Positions 25,108 to 38,308 of a stretch of DNA of 64,000 nucleotides are shown here, piece after piece. Source of the DNA: Octopus sinensis (taxonomy: Eukaryota); NCBI RefSeq assembly GCF_006345805.1, contig NW_021831731.1, positions 186,001 through 250,000 on the forward strand. The letters are read 5' to 3'. Position 1 is the stretch's first letter. The number at the start of each line of letters is the position of its first letter. The notes under the pieces were generated by a model. The model had not been told where the DNA came from. It saw only the letters and a program-made list of their open reading frames with translations, and did not search any database. The position numbers and the translations under genes are program-made.

Positions 25108-25476
25108 ATAGGCGTGTCTAAGCTTGGCGCGCCATCTATGAATTTGAACTATTTTTACGTTTGGAAACAATTTGGGGGCGCGTTTATTTACATTCTCGGC
25201 AGAACTATTGCGGTACGAAGGGCTATGTCACCCCTAGTAACACGTGCGAATATTGCAAATGGTGTTTGTCAAAAAATGTAAAGAGTTTGAAACTTTTAAG
25301 TACAAAGCATTTTCTCCCTCTGGTAATCGCATAGACGTTCAAATGTTTCGAAGTCTTTTGATGGTAAAGAGAGCCATAAACACTACGTTTTTTGTCCATA
25401 AAATAATCCTGGAAGAAAATATATTCCACGCAGAACTGTGTGAAACGTGACCGTTCACAGTGAACAAAATCAGCAG

Positions 25477-25540
25477 TAATAATAACAAGAAGAAGAAGAA
25501 GAAGAAGAAGAAGAAGAAGAACAACAACAACAACAACAAC

Positions 25541-25594
<54 letters not shown>

Positions 25595-25612
25595 TACAAC
25601 AACAACAACAAC

Positions 25613-25645
<33 letters not shown>

Positions 25646-25900
25646 TACAAGAACAAGAACAACAACAACAACAATAATAATAATAAAATAATAATAATAA
25701 TAATATAATAATAATAATAATTACAAGAACAAGAACAAGAACAACAACAACAACAATAATAATAATAATAATAATAATAATAATTACAACAACAACAACG
25801 ACAACAACAACAATAATAATAATATAATAATAATAATATAATAATAATAATAATAATAATAATGATGATGATGATGATTATGATGATGATGATGATGATG
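25477..25900. repeat. Compound (AAG)/(AAC)/(AAT)/(GAT) microsatellite
   Basis: Direct inspection. Confidence 0.97.
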
Positions 25901-26301
25901 AATTAAAAGATTTAACAAACGAGAAAGTAGGATTTTGTTACTTGAACTTAATGTTGTAACAAATATTCTTTTCTTTCTTGGCCATATTGATTAGCTGCTT
26001 TCGTATAAAATGCAAATCATTTTGACAGGATTGAATATTCTTAAGAGTTATTGCCTTTTTAGCAAAGGAAATATCATTTACATTTAAAATAAAACACACA
26101 CAATATAATGCACTGAATTTTGCGAAGCGATGGTCGTTTTTTTAAAAAAAAAATCTTTATTGGATTTTAACACACCATCTTTAAGTTTGATATGCCTTTC
26201 TGAGGTGGATGAAATTTGAAATTTAAATTTTCTTGGTATTTAATAAGAAAAATGATCAACAACAAAATAACAGTCAAAATAAAAGTATAAGAAAAGAGAA
26301 C

Positions 26302-26340
<39 letters not shown>

Positions 26341-26360
26341 CACACACACATATATATATG

Positions 26361-26415
<55 letters not shown>

Positions 26416-28290
26416 CGTGTTAACAAAACCAAATATTAAGATTTCAATCGAAAATGCATTATATTGTTTATCTGTCTAAATATAAAGAACTTGAAATAAA
26501 TGATCGCTTTGATATTGTTCTGTAAGTGACAAAACCAAAAAGTAGGAAATTAAAATGATTATGAAAAGTGAAAAATAAAAGTAAACTAAATGAAATGGAA
26601 TTAAAGAAAAAGATTCAGCATTGTAACAAACACAAAACAAAAAAATAGAAGCAAAAACTAACAAAACGAGAAGCAAAGAGTACATAACAGCATAAAACTA
26701 AAGAAATCTATAACTTATGAAAGCGATTGGATATCATGGAATGTTTACAGAAATAATCGTCAAACAAGAATGAAAGGAATTCGTTTGAAAGTAGAAGGCA
26801 AATTTTGAAAACTAAAACTGCAAAATTGATTTCAATGAAACATATTGCACTCCTCTGCATGTATGTATGTATGCATGTATGTATGTACGTATGTATGTAT
26901 GTATGTATGTATGTATGCATGTCTGTCTGTCTGTCTGTCTATCAGATATACGTATACATTAAATATATGCATACGAACGCACTTATATATATGTACATAA
27001 GCATTTATTAATAATGAAATATGTATACATATAAATATGTATATATATATATTATATATTCTACCTATAGATATATACAATGCTTAAAATCACACACACA
27101 CACATATTTATATATGAACTGCTCACTAAGCATACACACATTAAATTTGGCAGTAAACCGTTAAAATAACGAGAGTTAAAGTCAGTCCAAAAATATATTC
27201 CCCTAAAAGTGGCTGAAAACACAAATTTAAGCAAAATCTTATTCATTTTGCTTCTTTTATAGCTTATAATTTATATAAAAGCCTATACTAAAAATGCATA
27301 TTTATTGTGTGATGAGGTAGCAGCTGGGTGGGAGGGCGCTGAATGTCATCTATGCTGATCCTATAAATATACTATGTTGATCTACTCATCAAGTTACTGC
27401 TATTCAATGATCTTTTACATGTTTTTGTTCCCCCCACCACCACCTCCGAAAATAACATTTGTTTATTTTATAAATAACGATTTTGTCTTACATGAAAGAA
27501 AATGAGTTGATTTATGTTGGAAAGTGTTGCGTGTGTCTGTATTGTGTGTAATTGTGTGCAGTGAGTTTGTGTTGCGTGTGTATGCGTTCAATGCTTTATT
27601 TTTTGTTTTTGTGATTGTGTCTGTATGTCATATGTGAAGTGATGTGTTGTATCATATGTGAGGTGATGCGTGTGTGAAATACGCAATTTATGTGTGTGTG
27701 TGTGTGTTTGTGTGTATGTGTGTGTATGTGTGTGTATGTGTATGTGTGTGAGTGTAAAGGGGAAAGAAGAAAGAAAACTCGACCTGGAAGGGAACTATTT
27801 AAAAAATCGTTTGTTCTTGTCTATGAGAAACAACATGTAAGCGTGTGTTTCTGCGCTTGTGCTTGAGAGTTAGAAATAAATTGATGTGCAGGGATAGAGA
27901 TGACGTCAACATGATGGTTTGTGTCGTCATACCGACTGAAAAGCTTATTGTTCAACGTTTTAGCAATGATGTGCTTGATGTAGCGATCAACAGCCTGGTC
28001 TGTGTACCTTTAAATGCATAACACACTATTCTAAGTTCTCCTTGGCCTGGAATTCAAAGTTTCTCCACCACTTCTGCTTTAGATTATGTGGTTGGGAAAA
28101 GTTTCCAGAAATAATTTTACAATAGATACAGGAGTGGCTGTGTGGTAAGTAACTTGCTTACGAACGACATGGTTGCGGGTTCAGGCCCACTGCGTGGCAC
28201 CTTGGGAAAGTGTCTTCTATAGCCTAGGGGTGACCAAAGCCTTGTGAGTGGATTTGGTAGACGGAAACTGAAAGAAGTCCATCGTATATA

Positions 28291-28363
<73 letters not shown>

Positions 28364-28378
28364 TATACATATATGTAT

Positions 28379-28570
28379 GGGGAGAATTCACGAAAAAAAC
28401 AAAAGACGAAGACAGATGGTGTACAAAACAAACTGATGTATTAGTATAATGCTCGGGAATTGAAAACCCATTTAACGTTTCGAGCCTACGCTCTTCTACA
28501 GAAAAGAACACAGAAAGAAACATGGAGAGAAACATGTATATGTGTGTATACACAGAAAGAAACATGTATA
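28379..28570 (-). mobile_element. Short Penelope-type terminal-repeat (pLTR-like) element, copy 1
   Basis: Reverse complement aligns with 33107-33302, including GAAGAGCGTAGGCTCGAAACGT. It sits in a TA tract. Confidence 0.75.
28468..28508 (-). ncRNA. Candidate minimal type I hammerhead ribozyme (variant core)
   Basis: Minus strand: UUUU-CUGUAGA-A-GAGC(GUAG)GCUC-GAAAC-GUU-AAAU. Confidence 0.5.
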
Positions 28571-28774
28571 TGTGTGTATACGTTTGTGTGTCTAATGTTT
28601 GTACCCCCAACATCATTTGACAACCGATGCTGGTGTGTTTACGTCCCCGTAGGCCAGCCGTTCAGCAAAAGAGACCGATAAAATAAGTACTAGGCTTACA
28701 AAGAATAAGTCCTGGGGTCGATTTGCTCCAGCATGGCCACAGTCAAATGACTGAAACAAATAAAATAGTAAAAA

Positions 28775-28828
<54 letters not shown>

Positions 28829-29719
28829 AATCCTAAATATACCAAAACGTAACTTCGGTAATATTTCTCCTTAAGTTATGCGATTAGTCCAAATTATAAC
28901 TGTCTACTATAGCTGTAGCGGATTATTGTTGTTAATAATTACAGATTGTTGCAAATACCCATACCCGCTGTGAACAATATGTGTATTGTAAAAATTACGA
29001 GTGTTTCCTTAACCGGTAGTGTTGAGTTAAATAGTATTCATAGGTATATTTAGGAGAGCTCTTATATCGATAGGTTGCCTTGCTCTTCGTAATTCTTCAG
29101 TGGTAATATCAGTTTCCTTATATGTATTATTGAGAGGAATATCTCAGTAAATTTTCGTGCTAAAGTTCCCTCTCCTAATATATTTCTGTACCTCTTTGCA
29201 TGTTGTTTTCAGAGAGTTCATATCGTTATCGAAGAAGTTTTCATTTTAAAATTCTCCAGAAAGGAATATTGGTCAAATATCAGCAATCTTACGTAAATTG
29301 CTTATGATTATGACACAGGTGTATTGAACGGTAGAATCGTTCAAGTTTCTAAAAATAGTTATTAAATCTTCCCTCTACTGCATATTCCTGTCATATGAAA
29401 AGCATATTGGGTAATGTAAATGTACCCTATTCCTAACAAAAGCTGACAATATGGTTACCACTTGAATGCATTGGGGCGTAGGTTTGGATAACAAGAATGA
29501 CGAACAGCAGTGGCAGCAAACAGCAACAGCCGTTCAAGAATTTGGACATGGAGATCTCCATTTCCAGCGACTTCGAGGGCCACTTCTCAGTGATGTCGGG
29601 CGTCAACGAAGAACCCTCGACTACAACAAGACGACCAAAGTGTTTTTTTCCAAGGTCTAGGGTCTCCCGCCCCTAAGCCCTAGATCATTACCTAATCACC
29701 CTTACCCGTCTTGTTGCTT

Positions 29720-29760
<41 letters not shown>

Positions 29761-31511
29761 CGACGACGACAACAACTACAACAACAATTGTGCCGAAGTC
29801 GGAAAGCAGACTTAACTTCATTTGAGAAGGTTACTCTGTGATAGACCAATAAAGTACTAAGTCAAGCAAGGCATACATTGCATTTATTTAATACTTAAAT
29901 TAAGTCGATAAACACGATTATAATAAACGTGGATATGTAATTTTGTACCCTAAATATAAGCTGTTAACGATCAAGGCAGATAGCATTATTACATATTGCT
30001 TCAAAAGTTGGTTTTCCTAAATGTGGTTAAGTCAATTATTTTGTATATAGTCAATAAAGATTATGAATGGGAATGTAAAAATGTATGAAATTTTCCAGAA
30101 CTTTGGTGTATTTCAGTCGATCTTGTTAGAGGAATACCAAAGGGACCGTTCTGGTTCAGATACTGATTGGTTTTTGCTTTGTTGAAGAACATGAAGGAAA
30201 ATGTTAAAGAGGTAATAAATCATTCCTGGCGGTTAACAGAGCTCTCAACGGAACTCTTATCTCTCAGTTGCTTAATGCCGTGGAAACAGCAGATAAGCAC
30301 GAGAACAGAAGCATAAAAATATAGTTATTTTAAGTTAGATGTTTTCAAAGAGATATTCACTTCGGTTTTATAAATATTATCTCCTACATTATCTGTCAAT
30401 CCAACCAGCTTGGTTGTGTAATAGACTATTTTCTTTGAATTACCATCAAGGAAAACCCGTTTAAAAAGATGGCCTTTCTCGTTAGCTCAACCTATTAAAA
30501 AATGCCAAAAAAATCTTCACCAAACCACATCTTACAGTACTATGAAAAGATGGATACACTGGACAATGTCCATGATTTATAAAATAGAGGTCAGTCTCAG
30601 CAGGAAATATTTGACCATAGATCAAATCGATGAGAGCTGAACTTTAAATAAACAACAATAAGAACATAAATAACAACAACGTCTTTAAAATGACTGTACT
30701 GAAATTCCCATATAAACTTTAAGAAATACTAACTATTTGTAATACTAAAGTCAGTCATAACCTGAAATAAAGATGGTGACAAGCTTAACTAACAATGCGA
30801 CCGATAATTGGGACAATTTCTCTAGGGATGCAATAAGAAAGTTTGAGGTTTTTCATATTTGGACGAAACATTTTAATGCGACTAGAAAGTGAAAGTAGCA
30901 AAGGCTTAGTAACATATTTTCAAACAACTTCAATCGAAAGAAAAGGAATTATACAAATCAGATACCTTGGACAATTTCAGAAGGCGAATTGTAATATCAG
31001 TGATCGCAATATATTGAGATGTCGAGATTTAGACGTGAATATTGTTACTACTGGAATCGTAAACATCGTCTTACCTATATCTTTTTCGTGCGTAACAGGC
31101 ACAGAACAAGGAGAAAGCGTGAGTAAAAGAAAAAGAAAATGAGAAACAAGAAGGGAGATAATAAGCACACTTGACAAACTAAAAAAAAAAAAAAAGAAAA
31201 AAACCAAAATTAATGTTCTTTAGGGAAACCTTTAGTAATATTTTCCAAAAGATAATGATTAGTGATCCTGGTGTTTGAGAATGGCTAGCCGTTTAACTGG
31301 CGGCTGATATGGAGAGTTACGAACAGAGAAATATATTTAGCAGAGAATTATGGAGATATTGTGCACATAGATTGCTTAACATCTGCGAATATTAGTTTCT
31401 GCAAGACCTGTGTACGAGCAACGCAATCAACACTACTGAATATATTTGCAGAGACAAGGATATTTTAATGCCATACTTCACTTTGTGCCAAAAATATCAA
31501 TATCAATATTA

Positions 31512-31586
<75 letters not shown>

Positions 31587-33075
31587 TCTCATCCAAAATG
31601 GAGGCGAATACCAACGTTCTAATGTGGAAGGTTTGATAATTAATAAGAATTCCCTCTTTGCACGAAACCATTTGTTACCTTGTTAACCCACAGATAAACT
31701 ATATGTGCGTGTGTGTGTATGTGTTCATGTGTGTGTGTGGATGTGTGTGTGTATGTGTATTTGTGCGTGTGTCTGTGTATGTGTAAGTTTTCGTTAAGCC
31801 AGAAAAACTCAATATGAGAAATAGAGCAGTTATATGTTTTTCTGTCAAGCATTACACTACTGGCTATGGCGTGTAACTGGTTCCGAATATTATCGTCGGA
31901 GCCGGACGAAACAGTGAAAAGTTTTAATATTTTCCGGGAGAGAAAGAAGAGTTACTTCCCGTGGACTGATTTCATTTGGGATCGAACCATGACTGTAAGG
32001 AATTTTTTAGTCCAAAGGTGAGGACAAACTCATTGTCAAACGAATTTTCGCTCACAAGTGAAACATCGGAATATTTTGCTTTTTTGAGTTGAGGTGAGCA
32101 CTTGGGTCCTGTGAAATTTTTAGAATGATTCTTCTTTCTGCTTAGTAAAGCTTGCAACGCCTACTTCCGTTTACATATGAACGTTCTAGCAATTTCCAGT
32201 TTATTTTGTACATGCTTTCTTTGTCAATTGTCAGGTATAGCTGTCTAAGTTTGTAACATTACGCATCTTTTGGATTCTAAAAGAGGAAACACACACTTTG
32301 CATAAGAATTGTTAGCAAAAGAAAATAAACATGAGACAAACAAAATATTGAACTCAATACACCAAAAGTACATACATACATACATACTCATGAAGATTTT
32401 CTGTAAGATCGATTTAAATACAATCCAGCAACTATTATGTATTGGGTGGCTAAACGAATAATTGATTCTTAGTTCAACAGTGACAAAACTGTCACCAAAA
32501 TATGTTGATGTCACGCAAACTTGTAGGAAATATTCCACATTTTCATTATGCAGTACATGTGAGGTTTCCTCTTCCAGTTTGTTTAATTCACTTAGGCATA
32601 TTACCATAGCGCTAATTTTTTTATATTATGTATATACCTACCAATCTACCTATCTACCTACTTACCTACCTACCTACTTACCTACCTACCTATTTATCTA
32701 CCTATTTACATGCATAGATACACCACACGCACACATATAATGACAAGCAAAAATTTGGAGTCTGTCTTGTGCTGCCGGTCCTATTAGGCCGGGACGTATC
32801 TAGGTCTATTCGATGTACAAGCGATTGAGAGAGCAAGAATCTTTCCTGAACGAAACACAAGTCCGTTGTAGTGCTAATCTCCAGTTATTGGTGGTGTTAA
32901 TTTCCAACTGAGTGGTCTGAAGCAACATAGCGCGTCACCCTGCCGCAGAATTGAACATGCGAACTAACGATTATAAGCGCTGAGCTTAAGGCACTTGATC
33001 ACATACACTTAGACACATATATATGCACATACACGCACAGACAGACACATCTAAGTGTGTGTGTATGTATGTATG

Positions 33076-33106
<31 letters not shown>

Positions 33107-33108
<2 letters not shown>

Positions 33109-33302
33109 CCATGATAGATCGTTAGCCACTATACACATTTTTTTCTCTCCTAGTTTCTCTCCTTGTTTTTCTGTGTCCCTTTCTGTAGAAGAGCGTAGGC
33201 TCGAAACGTAAAAGACTTTTTCTATACCTGAGCATTATACTAATACATCTGTTTGCTTTGTACACCACCTGTTCGTGTTTTGTTTTTTTCGTAAACTCTC
33301 CC
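33107..33302 (+). mobile_element. Short Penelope-type terminal-repeat (pLTR-like) element, copy 2
   Basis: Flanked on both sides by (TA)n. Same 3' end (..CTCCC|TA) as copy 1. Confidence 0.78.
33175..33216 (+). ncRNA. Candidate minimal type I hammerhead ribozyme (variant core)
   Basis: GUCCCUUU-CUGUAGA-A-GAGC(GUAG)GCUC-GAAAC-GUA-AAAGAC: stem I with a bulge, 4-bp stem II, palindromic ACGU stem III and a GUA cleavage triplet. Confidence 0.55.
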
Positions 33303-33338
33303 TATATATATGTACATATATATATATGTATGTATATA

Positions 33339-33380
<42 letters not shown>

Positions 33381-33584
33381 ACATCAGTATGAATATCTAT
33401 GTATTTGAAACTAGCGAAATGTCTTTACAGACACATATGTTTATTATTGTTTAAAACAATGATGTATCATGTCGGAGAACTGGTGATCTTTGTTGCAAAA
33501 GGAAGATTGAAATAGGTAGCCGAGAGAATATATATATCTATATATCTATATATATATCTATATCTATCTATCTATCTATATATA

Positions 33585-33632
<48 letters not shown>

Positions 33633-34988
33633 ACTTATACGCAAAACAGAGAACAAATTAGTATCTCATTGTTTAATGATTTAGAAAGGGGATATAAATA
33701 TCAGTCTATCAAGTCTTTGAAAGTATATTAACTTCGGATAATCAGAAATTTTTCTGTGGACAGAAGATAATTTGGAACAACATAAAAGAATATTATAGGC
33801 AAAACCTTAAAATAAGTAGATTAGGTGTTTTGTTATCATTACAATCTATAGAAACCAATTAATTTACAACCAGTACTATTTTTGTTGTATATTCAAGTGG
33901 TAGTGGTGGTTGTGACTTTGAACGATTATCTATTTGTTTTACGTTTAAAAGAAAATTGTTATTGTTATTGTCAACTACTGCGTGAGAGTCAGCATTGATC
34001 GAGTTAATGGGTGCTCAAATATTCAAAAGACTGGTGTTTCGTACCACGTTAGTGCTATTTTGCTGTGTCCATAGCCCCCGCAAAAAAAAAAGCGTAGAAT
34101 AGAAGTTTGGACTCGTTTATCTTCATTTTTCGATACTTTATTTTATGAGGCAAAACAGACAGGTATCTTGTTACTGACAGCTCGTAGTTGTAGGTAACGA
34201 TATACTTATTGTGTATTAGTTTCATGAAGTTGGTTTTCCACCAGACTGTCCAAACAACCCATCTGTGAACAACTGTTCATAGGGAATCAAAGCCTTATTT
34301 ATTTTTTAGACTTTCATTCACCCAAGTATTTTTAATACTTTTAAACAATTCGTTTAGAGAACCTTATGTATATACTTAAAAGTATAAGATATTTAACATC
34401 CCTTTACTTCCTACACTAACCACAGGAAGTAATGTAACTTAGATATTTTTTTACTTTTAAACATTGACGTATAAGTATTCTTAAGGTGAAGGATTTTGAT
34501 TTGCTGTTGGTTGAAGTCGAGTTCACAGCGAAAGGACTCTTAATGTAGTTCTTAAATGCTTCCCGATTCGGTGTGGGCATTTGTTGGATTTACTGGTAAT
34601 TGAATCCACTACGGAAATTACTACAAACACGATCAACTGCAGTGATGGCTATCTTCCTGTCCATTTAGATTTTCTACATGTCTAGATAAAGGAATAAAAT
34701 CTGATTGTACTTAGAGGTACTGTTAGCTTCAAGTATTTCGAATGTTTTTGCTTCAATGTTATAGCTTTACCATTATTAATTTAGAGAGGGTCATTAATCG
34801 TTCCCACAAGATTGTATCATCTCAGTTCTGTTAACGTCGAAAGTACAATAATTAATAAAGTGGTCAAAAGCCGAACAGTCTATACATTTTGATCGACGTG
34901 ATGTTTGCGCAAAAAACCAAGAATCTCACCCGAAACACACAAAATAGAGATTCACCATTTGGTCTTGACTTTGCTATCCTTTCTAGTA

Positions 34989-35017
34989 GACCGACCGACC
35001 GACCGACCGACCGACCG
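34989..35017. repeat. (GACC)n tetranucleotide repeat
   Basis: Direct inspection. Confidence 0.95.
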
Positions 35018-36260
35018 TGTAGCAGCTTCTTTCGTGTTTTGTAGTTCTCTGATCTTGTCTTCTTTCTGTCTTTGGACACCACGAATTTAACGATCATCAT
35101 GGATGTTATTCAAGAGCAATTAGATTATACTGGATATCTTTGAAATTGTATGTCTTCACCAGATCCTCAGAATATTGCCAATTAAATGTTTGTGGATTAA
35201 TCATGCTTTTATCTTCCGAACATTTCTGAATTAATTCAGGAACAGCGTCTGTGCTGATATATTCCCATCTTGTGAATCGAATAGATCATTCGAAGTTGCT
35301 TTACAACCTACCTAGATGTCTCTGATTACAAGGAGAGAAAACACACACACACACACAGACGTACGCACGCACACACAAAAATGCGCCAAAGAAGACCTAG
35401 TTCAAAATGATCCCCGAAAAGCTCCTATTGACACTGAATCAGGTAAAAATAAAAAGAGATAAAAATGTAATTGATAAACGTGGAAAGAATTTCTTCGTGA
35501 TCGATGGACATCCAAGGGTAAGATATGGATCAGCGGCAAGACTACCTGCCCAAAGAATTTACGATGATGATGGCGATGATCTGGTAAAGTCAAGTTCCAA
35601 AAGTGTATAATATGGTATTTTTCGTTGCTTATTTATTCAAACAGTGAACAATTTCGCAATAAATATCCCAAGCTACCATTTTATTAAAAACAACAAAATA
35701 TTGCTGTGGAGAAGAAATGATTTATCACTGGAACAGAAATATAAACTAAAAAATACCTAAAAAAATGTTATTCATTAAACAGCAACTAATTTTCCTGATT
35801 ATCTCTTTTTTTATGTCTTGTCTCGCTAGAAGTACTCTGTATATTGAAAAATACTTAAAAACTAGATTCCATTATAATCTAAAGCTAAAGAAATTAATCA
35901 AGTCCGTTATAATTAGAATTTTAATAGCGGAATAGAATTACCAAAAAAGAAAAATGTCTGTTTATTTACTGATAAGTGAATTGATATAAGGGAATGAGAA
36001 ATTCGCATTGGTTTATCTTTGTTTATTTTGCAATACTTAATTTTGTTTTTAAAAAAATAGCTCGTATTTAATGATAAGGACACAAAATATATAAATCGTA
36101 AACTTGTACGCTAATAGATTCTTTTGATATATTACTTCATCTTTCTGACAACCATTTCTTATATGATTTTATATTGACATATGTGCAGAAGGGCAAGAAG
36201 CAAGATCCAGTTATAATAATTACCTGTAGGTACTATCCAGTTATGTATGTATATATCAAA

Positions 36261-36582
36261 GACTCCGCCGGTTACGACGACGAGGGTCCCAGCTGATACG
36301 ATCAACGGAACAGCTTGCTCGTGAAATTAACGTGCAAATGGCTGAGCATTCCACAGACACGTGTACCCTTAACGTAGTTCTCGGGGATAATCAGCGTGAC
36401 ACAGAGAGTGACAAGGCTGACCCTTTGAAATACAAGTACAACTCATTTTTGCCAGCTGAGTGGACTGGAGCAACGTGAAATAAAGTGTCTTGCTCAAGGA
36501 CACAACGCGTCGCCGGGAATCGAACTCACAACCTTACGATCATGAGCCGAATGCCCTAACCACTAAGCCACGCGCCCTCACT
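36261..36582 (-). mobile_element. Young tRNA-derived CORE-like SINE, near-identical to 14719-15040
   Basis: 4 mismatches in about 322 bp, counted by eye. TTATGTAT is duplicated at the flanks (36241 and 36582). Confidence 0.93.
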
Positions 36583-36859
36583 TATGTATATATATGTATG
36601 TATGTATATATATATATATGTACACACACACACGCACACACGCATACATACATACACACAGGAGAATCTGGATAAACTGGGATTTTCAAAAATGTAAATC
36701 GACTGGCTAATTCGTACAAGCCATCTTTCCAACTTCTATCTTCACAAAGACAAGACCGCTTATCCTATCTCTCTAATAAGCTGTCTCTTCAAGCTTTCAG
36801 AATAATTTTTCCATCGTTTTGACTTAACAACCCTCATCGTTTGTTTTTATTGTGTTGTT

Positions 36860-37180
36860 CTCTTTGTTCTGTCTTTTATTGTTTTTATTGTCTTGTTTTG
36901 TTCTTATTGTCCTGTTCTTGTTACCACTTTTACCCCTCCGAAAAAATTCCAAATTTTATTTAATTTACTTTGCGGGAAGGACTGTTTCAACGAAGTCTCG
37001 TCCTTACCTTCGGAACGTGGAGTAAACGAAACAGGGACAACTGAAGAAGGGGAATATTCCTTGTATTGTATGTCTTGTACCCTGTTTTTCGTTGTTTGAA
37101 AAAAAGTTCGTTTCCATGTTTTTGTTTTTATGTTTTCGTTTCTCATTGTGTTCAACGTTTTTTTTTATGTCCTATACCCA
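36860..37180. mobile_element. Probable non-autonomous interspersed repeat (Penelope-terminus-like) next to a TA tract
   Basis: T-rich flanks with a central CpG-bearing segment, adjoining a (TA)-rich array. The family assignment rests on resemblance only. Confidence 0.3.
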
Positions 37181-37330
37181 TATATGCATGTATATATACA
37201 AATAGATGTATGTATGTACATATATGTATGTACATATGCATATATTTGTATATTATTTATATTATTATATGATCGAACGCCACACGTCCTTTTCCAAGTA
37301 TGTATATATATGTGTATGTATATATATATG

Positions 37331-37402
<72 letters not shown>

Positions 37403-37832
37403 ATATATAAACATGTATATGTGCATACATATGTGTAATATTTATGTATGTATATATATGTATATATATAGATGTATATGCATAGATATATATATACATG
37501 TATATATAAATACAGATATATATGTATATATGTATATATATATGTATATATATATTTATGTATGCATGTATATATGTGTGTACATATATATGTATATATG
37601 TATATATGTATATATATAAATTTGTATATATATATATAAATCTATATGTATATATATATATATGTATATAAATACGTATATAAATGCATATATATGTGTA
37701 TATATATGTATGCATATATATACATCTGTATATATACATGCATGTATATATACATATACGTGCATATATATACATGTATAAATCCTTTAAAATGTTTTAG
37801 CCCGAAGGCCGCGGCCATGCTGGGGCACCGCC

Positions 37833-37886
<54 letters not shown>

Positions 37887-37910
37887 ACATATGCATGTAT
37901 ATATTTATAT
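37181..37910. repeat. Long degenerate (TA)/(TG)/(CA) alternating purine-pyrimidine tract
   Basis: Direct inspection. It contains a SINE 3' tail fragment at about 37785-37832. Confidence 0.95.
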
Positions 37911-38015
37911 GTATATGGTATTTTTCACCGTGCAATGACTAAGGAAAATACTCTAATAACGTGGTATATAAGCCACGTTATTAGACTATTTTCGACAGAA
38001 AAAAGAAGGCTTTCC

Positions 38016-38087
38016 TTTCCGCGTGGGACTCGAGTCCACATCCCTTTGTTAACGCGACTAAGCATGTTACCTTTACACCAGCGAATT
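38016..38087 (-). pseudogene. Degenerate tRNA-like sequence (tRNA pseudogene or isolated SINE head)
   Basis: A-box-like TGGTGTAAAGGTAAC, T-arm GTGG-ACTCGAGTC-CCAC, partial acceptor pairing TTCGC/GCGGA. Poor anticodon arm. Confidence 0.4.
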
Positions 38088-38266
38088 AGCCGACCTCTGT
38101 CAGTCATATTTAAGAACTATATTAGTTCGTATCTGTTTTATCATGGGGTCGATTTCTTCGACTAAAAGTGGTGCTGCGGCATGGCCGCAGTAACATGACT
38201 GGAGCAAGTAAAACAATAAAAAAACTATGCCATTTTAACCCCGACCAACGCTGGGTATCTCTGCTA

Positions 38267-38308
<42 letters not shown>

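Larger units (their letters stand above)
28124..28770 (+). mobile_element. tRNA-derived SINE with an internal (TA)n/(TG)n spacer, interrupted by a Penelope-type terminal element
   Basis: Head CAGGAGTGGCTGTGTGGTAAG..GGGTTCAGGCCC and tail ..CAGCATGGCCACAGTCAAATGACTGAAACA, colinear with 46316-46734. Confidence 0.9.

Noticed and set aside
25121-25136. AAGCTTGGCG as vector polylinker contamination
   Set aside because: The match to the pUC-type sequence ends after 10 bases, and the flanks are genomic.
24651-25170. Long poly-L, poly-Y/C and poly-V/A ORFs (also the YI/HT/CV/YLSI-type ORFs throughout the window)
   Set aside because: They are stop-free frames of microsatellites, with no domain content.
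27313-27335. let-7-like start TGAGGTAG
   Set aside because: Only the seed matches. The rest differs from let-7 and I see no hairpin partner.
37020-37075. Second hammerhead candidate (GAAAC...CTGAAGA-AGGGGAATATTCCTT)
   Set aside because: The stem II hairpin is not followed by GAAA, and the upstream GAAAC lacks a stem III and NUH triplet.
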